Origin: Amphiscolops sp. MND2022
Taxonomy: Eukaryota
DNA: 64,000 nucleotides
Direction: 5' to 3'
Assembly (NCBI GenBank): GCA_964187785.1
Contig: OZ076414.1
Span: 65,472,001-65,536,000 of the forward strand
Shown in pieces: positions 56,700 to 64,000 of the stretch. The notes under the pieces were generated by a model. It was not told where the DNA came from. It did no database searches and saw nothing but the letters and a program-made list of their open reading frames with translations. The position numbers and the translations under genes were made by a program. How positions within the stretch are numbered: the stretch's first letter is position 1; each line of letters begins with the position of its first letter.

Positions 56700-59600
56700 G
56701 TACTGGGTAGCGAGTGGAGTAGTTCCTCAGTTGATGGGGACCACGTCTTTTTCCCACGGACATATACATGTCCTTTTCTTCCTCCTCGAGGCTAAGCGTC
56801 AGTTTTGCAAAATATTCTTCCGGCTTTCCCAACCATGTTTACTGGGAGAGTTTTTATCGAGGTACTTCTCCTTACATTCTCTTCATCCGATGAGATTTCG
56901 ATAACTAGCGAATAGCCATTCATTGTTTTTCGAAAATTTTTCAGAGATTTTCTGGTTTAGAGAAGGCGATAGAATTCAATAAGTCTGAGACAATTTTTGA
57001 AAACTGGTCAAGCCGAAAATTTGGACGACAAATGATCGTTTCAATTTCTTTTCCGTCGTACCTTTCTTCGAAGTTTTGTTGTTTGATTTTGCCGCTTTCG
57101 TTTTGAGACGACGAACTTCCAACTACTCGGTGATTGGTCAATTAGTTAATTTAAAGGAAAAATTCCGTTCCTGTTTCGTTTCTCTTCAGCTTCAACGTTA
57201 CGACGTCACCAATTTGTTTAAGGGATTACGGGTACTGAACGTAGTTTCCGAAATGGCTTTTGAAAAGATTTTCTTCAGAGCTTCTTGGCGATCTTTTAAT
57301 TCACCTGTAGGGTTTTTGGAAACGCTTTGTTCCTGTCAATACCGTAGTGTGCTTTCTAGTGAAGTTGAAGAAAATACGGCTTTCCAAACATGCATGAGTA
57401 ATATTGTTATTTTTCTTTTTGAGTGGCTCACGTACATGTAGCGTAATTTTCTTTCTTGATTTTCTTTTCCTTTTCAGATTGTATTGAAGATTCTTTGCGA
57501 TGGAAGGAGATGCTAGATGCTGTTTCCCCTGCTGGAGTTACTGCTGGTTTTGTCAGTGGGAACGAAACTAATTTCTGCTACTCCGATAATGACGTGGTAT
57601 ACTCGGAGGAAGAAAATGGTTGTACTGTTACAGGTTGGTAAAATCTTTCTGACTTTCATGGGTGTTCGGACTTGTTTTTTGGTGATCAGCCAATTTAGTC
57701 TCATCCGAATTTCTGACGCGTCTGAAACCAGATCTTGACTTTCAGTACCTCAACCTGGCACTTCCACTGCTGTTGTTTCCGTGGCTGCTGTGGGGGCTAA
57801 TCCTCCAGGAGCTTTTGTGCTGCCTTCGGTATCTACAATCCTTGCCACCAAGTCTTGCAGTTCTGTTGACGATGCGTTAACGTCAGTGTTGCCCAATGTT
57901 GAGCCTGAGACTTCATTAGCTGCAGAGCCTCCTCAGACTGGGGTGTACACGAAGGCTTGTGATACTGCCGAGGATGCTGACAGTTAGTCTCAAGAACGTG
58001 AGCCGAATCCACCCGTCAATAAGAAATCCAGTTGGTATTCTTTTGTTCCTTTTTGGATTTCGTTGGTGTAGAAAAATGACCTGTGTCTTGGATTGTTTGT
58101 TAGTTCCAAAGGGTAGTTACCCGGAAAGCGTCCGTTTGTTTCTCAACCCCTACGGAACGAGCGATGAAAACTGTCCCTGCACCGCCGTCGCCACCTCCTT
58201 TGACACATTGTCTGAGTGGTTGGCAGAGTTAGTTATGTCGCTTTTTCCCTGATTTTTTTTTGAGTTTTGTGGGGTGGGGTGTCAAAACATTCTGTGTTTT
58301 TCGTGTTATTTCGTGATGCACTGTATGCGGTTCCTCTTTGTTTAATAGTGTCGTCTTTGTGTAGGTCAGGACGATGAGCAGCTGTACAGGTCTGGAGGGG
58401 TGTCGTGGAGTCCTCAAGATATGATGCGATTGGCTCGTCAGCTTGCGGAGGAGGTGAAAGATAGGACTTGTCTTTATCTCGTGGTATGTTTGTGTTTCCT
58501 TTCCCTAACGCGGTGGGCGTGCGTGTTATAGAGTTTCAATAACTTAGTGAGAAAGTGGAGAAACATCTGGCCAAGCGGCCTGCAAAGAAGTATAGTAGTC
58601 GCAATGAGCTTCATCGTCGTATGCTGAGCCGTCATCCTGCTTTTGTGACTGGCGCCAAGAGTGGGGAGGGAACGCATTTCCACTATCGCGTGTGCGGACG
58701 TGATGTTGCCATGAAGGCACACGGTTCTGGTGAGTTCGACCGACATTTCCAGTCTGACGCTCATTGGTTTAAGGACGTCACCTACCGAGTACATATGGGC
58801 CTTCAAAATTTTAACAGATTGATGGAACCCATGGAATTGTCAGACAGTCAGCTTGCTGATTACAAGTCGCAGCCTTTTGTGGATCTGAGCGGGGAGTACC
58901 CGTTCCCAGAGGATCTTCTGCCAAAACACACTAGGGAAGAGCCGATGGTGCCCTTTATGACTCTGGTGTCCTGTTTCTGCGAGTTTCTTCAGAATGGAGG
59001 CAACTTCGACTACCTTCGCCGTCTGTGGGGTCATTTCTGTGCGACTTTGTGTGACCAGGAGCCCGGATTCCGTTTGCGATGGAGTCGTTCGGAGACCATT
59101 GTAAGTTGAGTATTTCCTGGTTGTTGTTAATGTTTTCCATTTTTTATTACGTGGAAAAAACGAGAGGAAAGAGAAAAAAGGGAGAAATCCAACTGGGGTC
59201 TCAGTGGTTATTTTCTGACCCATGGTTGATGTTCTCTATTTGTATTTTTTAGTCCTTCCTCTGCCAGGGCTTGGCGCCGCGTGTCCTGCGTCTGATGATC
59301 ATTGACAACAAGGCCTTCAAGGAGTACGGAGTTCAGTTCGAGAAGGTGGGCAGTGAGGACCGTTGCTATGTCCTCTGTTGGGACAGGACATATCTCAAGA
59401 AGATCTGTGTCGGCAGCCAGTCGTTGGATCAAAAGGTGCCTGAATCCGAAATACTCCCTAATCGGGATGTTAATCGGGCGGATGGTCGACGCTTTATGGT
59501 GTGTCAGTCGTTCAATGAAGAGGTGTTCCTTCAGTGTTTTCGTCAGTCTCACGAGGACGTGTTTGGAATGCTGGAGGTGACGACTGCTCTTGAGTACGTG

Positions 59601-61297
59601 ATCCATCGTCTGAAGGGGTCCCTCTACGAGGATTGGACGGAAGATAAGCCTCTTCTGCGTAAGTGTATCCGGGAGGGGTCCGTTGCATTTGGAGACCATT
59701 GAGACATCTTGAATGATGTTATTGAGCTTTGGCCCTCCAATCGTCCCCATGTGCGTTACATTGGTCATCCCCGTTTCAAGAGCACTGTTGTTCAGGTAAA
59801 TAGTTCGCGTTTGCGTTTTGTTTCCTCTTTGTGATTGGGTTTTGGCTTATTTTGGGGGTCATTTCCTCGTTCTTTTGTTATGACGTTGTTATAGGGTATA
59901 TGTGATATTTTACTTGAGAGGCACATACTTTGAATTGATTTCCGATGGCCTGATCGTTTATCGCTTTGGTTTCCTGCGGTTGCTTCTTGACACCCGTAAG
60001 TATGGTGCTTTCCGTTGTGTCTCCGTAATTCTGACTGCCAAGTGTGATTGACTGATTGTACGTTTTGCCATCTGGACTTTCGGTTCCTAATTTGTTTTGT
60101 TCAGTGATAGTCTTCTTTTTAATTGTATCTTCGTATTTTGTTTTAGACCATATCAACTTCGGAAAATGGCGACAATGTCGACCAGATTACGCGTTCCATG
60201 GCTATGGTGAGGTGTGTAACTTCATCTACTGTTTGTTGATGAGGACCCGCAAGCTTCCGGATTTGCCTGGCATCCATGAGTGGCAGAATTATGTGGACTC
60301 TTCAAGACTTTCTGCTTTTGGTGTCGTTTCTGTGGAAGACTTCTTGGTGGATTACGACTTTGGACGTGAGTTGGCTGCCATTAAGACGAGTGAAATGCGG
60401 GAGTTCCGTATTAAGTGTCGAGAGTTCATCGATCGGTTTGTGTTAGTGGACAATTGTTTTTGTCCAGAGATTATGTTGGAGGGCGATGATCAGCATGTGT
60501 TCGAGATGTTTGGTGCTCTTTGTGAACTGTTTGGAACATGCAACGTGTTGTCTTCGGATGATTTGAAAGCTGCCGCCGCTGAGTATAAGAGTTATGTTGT
60601 AGAAAAGCAGAAGTATCACGAAGATTCAACCTAAGCTGCTAGTGATATCCATGATGTGGTTCAGTTCTTGCTACGGGATTTCGATTTCCAGTCCCGTACG
60701 CACATGTTTCGTCTATTCCAGATCTGTTGTCTCATTGTTGGAACTCGGAATAGCAATCCTCTTGCGGTTACTAATGATATAAGTGGCAGCACACTGGATC
60801 CGTCAATGGTCCGGGATTGTGTTCTGATTGTGCAATCTCACGTCCTTAGCTCAAGTTTTAATCCTCAAATATTCTTCTCTGGGTCTTTGCTCATTGCTGA
60901 TTTTGATGCGTGGAAAAGTTTCCGGCTCGGTGATGTAGCTGCTTTTGTCGATCGTTATGAGTCCTTTAATGGGAGTTATTTGTCGCACAAGTCGTGAGGC
61001 GTATTATATGGAGTGCAATAAAGCAAACCGTGGTGCCCGCGATAGTCAAGTTTCCAGTTCAACTGAGGCTGGGAGTAGTGCGAGTTCCGTAGTCAGTTCG
61101 AAGAAGTTAAAAGGTATTAGCCCCAAGTCAGTGGCGAAGAATGTTTCTGCTATTGGTTTTTCTAGTGCTAAGGCCAAATCCTGTGGATCGTCTAAAAAGG
61201 ACAGTGGGGGAATTCTAGTGGTGAAAAAGCCGAAGAAGAACTTGAAGAGGGATGACAATGGTCCCACTGTTCATCATAAAATTGGGAAGCTTTTTTG
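56700..61297 (+). pseudogene. Spliced, decayed Zn-finger gene with hAT-transposase-like architecture
   Basis: H.RVCGRDVAMKAHGSGEFDRHFQSDAHW (BED/TTF-like finger; first Cys appears as Tyr). In-frame splice 59100|GTAAGT ... TTTTAG|59253. C-terminal FRLFQICCLIV segment. Internal stops. Confidence 0.45.
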
Positions 61298-61467
61298 ATG
61301 ATTGATACATTGCTTGTTCAATAAACTGTGATACCCTTTTAGTTGTATTCATGATGTTGTTGATATCAGTTTGCTGTATTTAATTGGGACACGTTGGTAG
61401 TCCATTTTGTTGGAGTTGCATTAGAGCATTGCAAAAACTTAACGTTGCCATTTCAGTTGCCATTTCA

Positions 61468-61716
61468 GACTTCTAGGCAATCTTCTGGTCCCATTGTGAA
61501 TTCAGTGTTGCTCAGCATTTTAGGACGTATTTGTCTCGTGTCGATTCTTTTGTTGGCGATGCAGTCTGGGCAACTAGTTACCCAGGCTCTGATTTTTCGT
61601 GCTATTCTCGGGAAGTAGTTTTTGGCTCTACATTCTTGTATCATCCTCGTTATTCTTGGGTGCTTGTTCGTTTTCCCATGGAGCGTGGAAAGGAGTTCAG
61701 GGACTAGATGTTTCGG
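61468..61716 (-). mobile_element. Gypsy integrase Zn-binding (HHCC) fragment, copy 1
   Basis: LHGKTNKHPRITRMIQECRAKNYFP..VTSCPDCI...GPEDCLEV. Confidence 0.8.
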
Positions 61717-62582
61717 GAAAAGCGGAAGTATCACGAAGATTCAACCTAAACTGCTAGTGATATCCATGATGTGGTTCAGTTCTTGCTACGGGATTTCGAT
61801 TTCCAGTCCCGTACGCACATGTTTCGTCTATTCCAGATCTGTTGTCTCATTGTTGGAACTCGGAATAGCAATCCTTTTGCGGTTACTAATGATATAAGTG
61901 GCAGCACACTGGATCCGTCAATGGTCCGGGATTGTGTTCTGATTGTGCAATCTCACGTCCTTAGCTCAAGTTTTAATCCTCAAATATTCTTCTCTGGGTC
62001 TTTGCTCATTGCTGATTTTGATGCGTGGAAAAGTCTCCGGCTCGGTGATGTAGCTGCTTTTGTCGATCGTTATGAGTCCTTTAATGGGAGTTATTTGTCG
62101 CACAAGTCGTGAGGGGTATTATATGGAGTGCAATAAAGCAAACCGTGGTGCCCGCGATAGTCAAGTTTCCAGTTCAACTGAGGCTGGGAGTAGTGCGAGT
62201 TCCGTAGTCAGTTCGAAGAAGTTAAAAGGTATTAGCCCCAAGTCAGTGGCGAAGAATGTTTCTGCTATTGGTCCTTCTAGTGCTAAGGCCAAATCCTGTG
62301 GATCGTCTAAAAAGGACAGTGGGGGAATTCTAGTGGTGAAAAAGCCGAAGAAGAACTTGAAGAGGGATGACAATGGTCCCACTGTTCATCATAAAATTGG
62401 GAAGCTTTTTTGATGATTGATACATTGCTTGTTCAATAAACTGTGATACCCTTTTAGTTGTATTCATGATGTTGTTGATATCAGTTTGCTGTATTTAATT
62501 GGGACACGTTGGTAGTCCATTTTGTTGGAGTTGCATTAGAGCATTGCAAAAACTTAACGTTGCCATTTCAGTTGCCATTTCA

Positions 62583-62830
62583 GACTTCTAGGCAATCTTC
62601 TGGTCCCATTGTGAATTCAGTGTTGCTCAGCATTTTAGGACGTATTTGTCTCGTGTCGATTCTTTTGTTGGCGATGCAGTCTGGGCAACTAGTTACCCAG
62701 GCTCTGATTTTTCGTGCTATTCTCGGGAAGTAGTTTTTGGCTCTACATTCTTGTATCATCCTCGTTATTCTTGGGTGCTTGTCGTTTTCCCATGGAGCGT
62801 GGAAAGGAGTTCAGGGACTAGATGTTTCGG
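62583..62830 (-). mobile_element. Gypsy integrase HHCC fragment, copy 2
   Basis: Duplicate of 61468-61716 with a 1-bp deletion. Confidence 0.8.
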
Positions 62831-63689
62831 GAAAAGCGGAAGTATCACGAAGATTCAACCTAAACTGCTAGTGATATCCATGATGTGGTTCAGTTCTTGC
62901 TACGGGATTTCGATTTCCAGTCCCGTACGCACATGTTTCGTCTATTCCAGATCTGTTGTCTCATTGGTGGAACTCGGAATAGCAATCCTCTTGCGGTTAC
63001 TAATGATATAAGTGGCAGCACACTGGATCCGTCAATGGTCCGGGATTGTATTCTGATTGTGCAATCTCACGTCCTTAGCTCAAGTTTTAATCTTCAAATA
63101 TTCTTCTCTGGGTCTTTGCTCATTGCTGATTTTGATGCGTGGAAAAGTTTCCGGCTCGGTGATGTAGCTGCTTTTGTCGATCGTTATAAGTCCTTATATG
63201 GGAGTTATTTGTCGCAAAAGTTGTGAGGCGTATTATATGGAGTGCAATAAAGCAAACCGTGGTGCCCGCGATAGTCAAGTTTCCAGTTCAACTGAGGCTG
63301 GGAGTAGTGCGAGTTCCGTAGTCAGTTCGAAGAAGTTAAAAGGTATTAGCCCCAAGTCAGTGGCGAAGAATGTTTCTGCTATTGGTTCTTCTAGTGCTAA
63401 GGCCAAATCCTGTGGATCGTCTAAAAAGGACAGTGGGGGAATTCTAGTGGTGAAAAAGCCGAAGAAGAACTTGAAGAGGGATGACAATGGTCCCACTGTT
63501 CATCATAAAATTGGGAAGCTTTTTTGATGATTGATACATTGCTTGTTCAATAAACTGTGATACCCTTTTAGTTGTATTCATGATGTTGTTGATATCAGTT
63601 TGCTGTATTTAATTGGGACACGTTGGTAGTCCATTTTGTTGGAGTTGCATTAGAGCATTGCAAAAACTTAACGTTGCCATTTCAGTTCG

Positions 63690-64000
63690 GTTTGGCATGC
63701 TGATTTTTTATTTAGTTTTGAGTTGGACGCGAGTCTTCTGTAGTAAATGAGTCTAGCATTCTGAATTCAGGATTCGCATTAGGCCTCGGATTAGGTCGTA
63801 AGTTGTATCTTCCCACTTTTCTAGGACTATATCCGACGACTATAGGCGGTAATTCGAGAGTTTTGGGGGGCTTTCTATAGGCGGTGGAGGTAAAATGTAG
63901 GGATTGTCACTGACGTCCAGACTAAATGAAGTAAAGTTACCGGAGGATGTTTTACTCCCGTCAGGATTTTCAGCTGTGGCTGTTTTAGCCACTTCATTTT
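63690..64000 (-). mobile_element. Probable 3' end of a Gypsy pol ORF running out of the window
   Basis: Pro-rich tail ending GRYNLRPNPRPNANPEFRML..*, same strand as the integrase fragments. Confidence 0.4.

Larger units (their letters stand above)
60602..63687 (+). repeat. Tandem triplication, ~1115-bp period (A-B-A-B-A)
   Basis: Near-identical ORFs recur at 60656/61771/62885 and 60945/62060/63174. Confidence 0.95.

Noticed and set aside
61394-63527. Repeated ORFs in the triplication as a functional gene cluster
   Set aside because: They are fragments of a broken gene end and a Gypsy integrase, copied by tandem duplication.

Overview
AT-rich, repeat-dense eukaryotic (metazoan-type) genomic DNA. 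Host genes: a single-exon Nup155 CDS, a three-exon Ser-rich gene with a C-terminal hydrophobic tail, a probable NLE-domain first exon and a probable CAP-domain first exon. The centrepiece is a decayed ~15.9-kb Polinton/Maverick (29434-45339). It has ~606-bp TIRs, AGTAGT/ACTACT termini and a 6-bp TSD. It encodes pPolB, integrase, packaging ATPase, adenain-like protease and a major capsid protein; a deletion joins the penton N-terminus to the MCP. The Polinton sits inside a small hAT element (8-bp TSD) and splits its transposase. Its accessory arm holds the most striking signals: an EGF-family growth-factor-like ORF with an N-terminal hydrophobic anchor, about six copies of a PC4-like domain in four genes, and two helically phased non-coding repeat arrays. 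The rest is layered TE debris: a Penelope element with hammerhead-like pLTRs nested in a MITE; Gypsy, BEL-like, Copia-like, CR1/L2-like and RLE non-LTR remnants; many MITEs; a Helentron/DINE-like repeat family; a 6x CRE tandem array; and a young 1.1-kb tandem triplication. All protein calls come from motifs recognised by eye; no database search was run.
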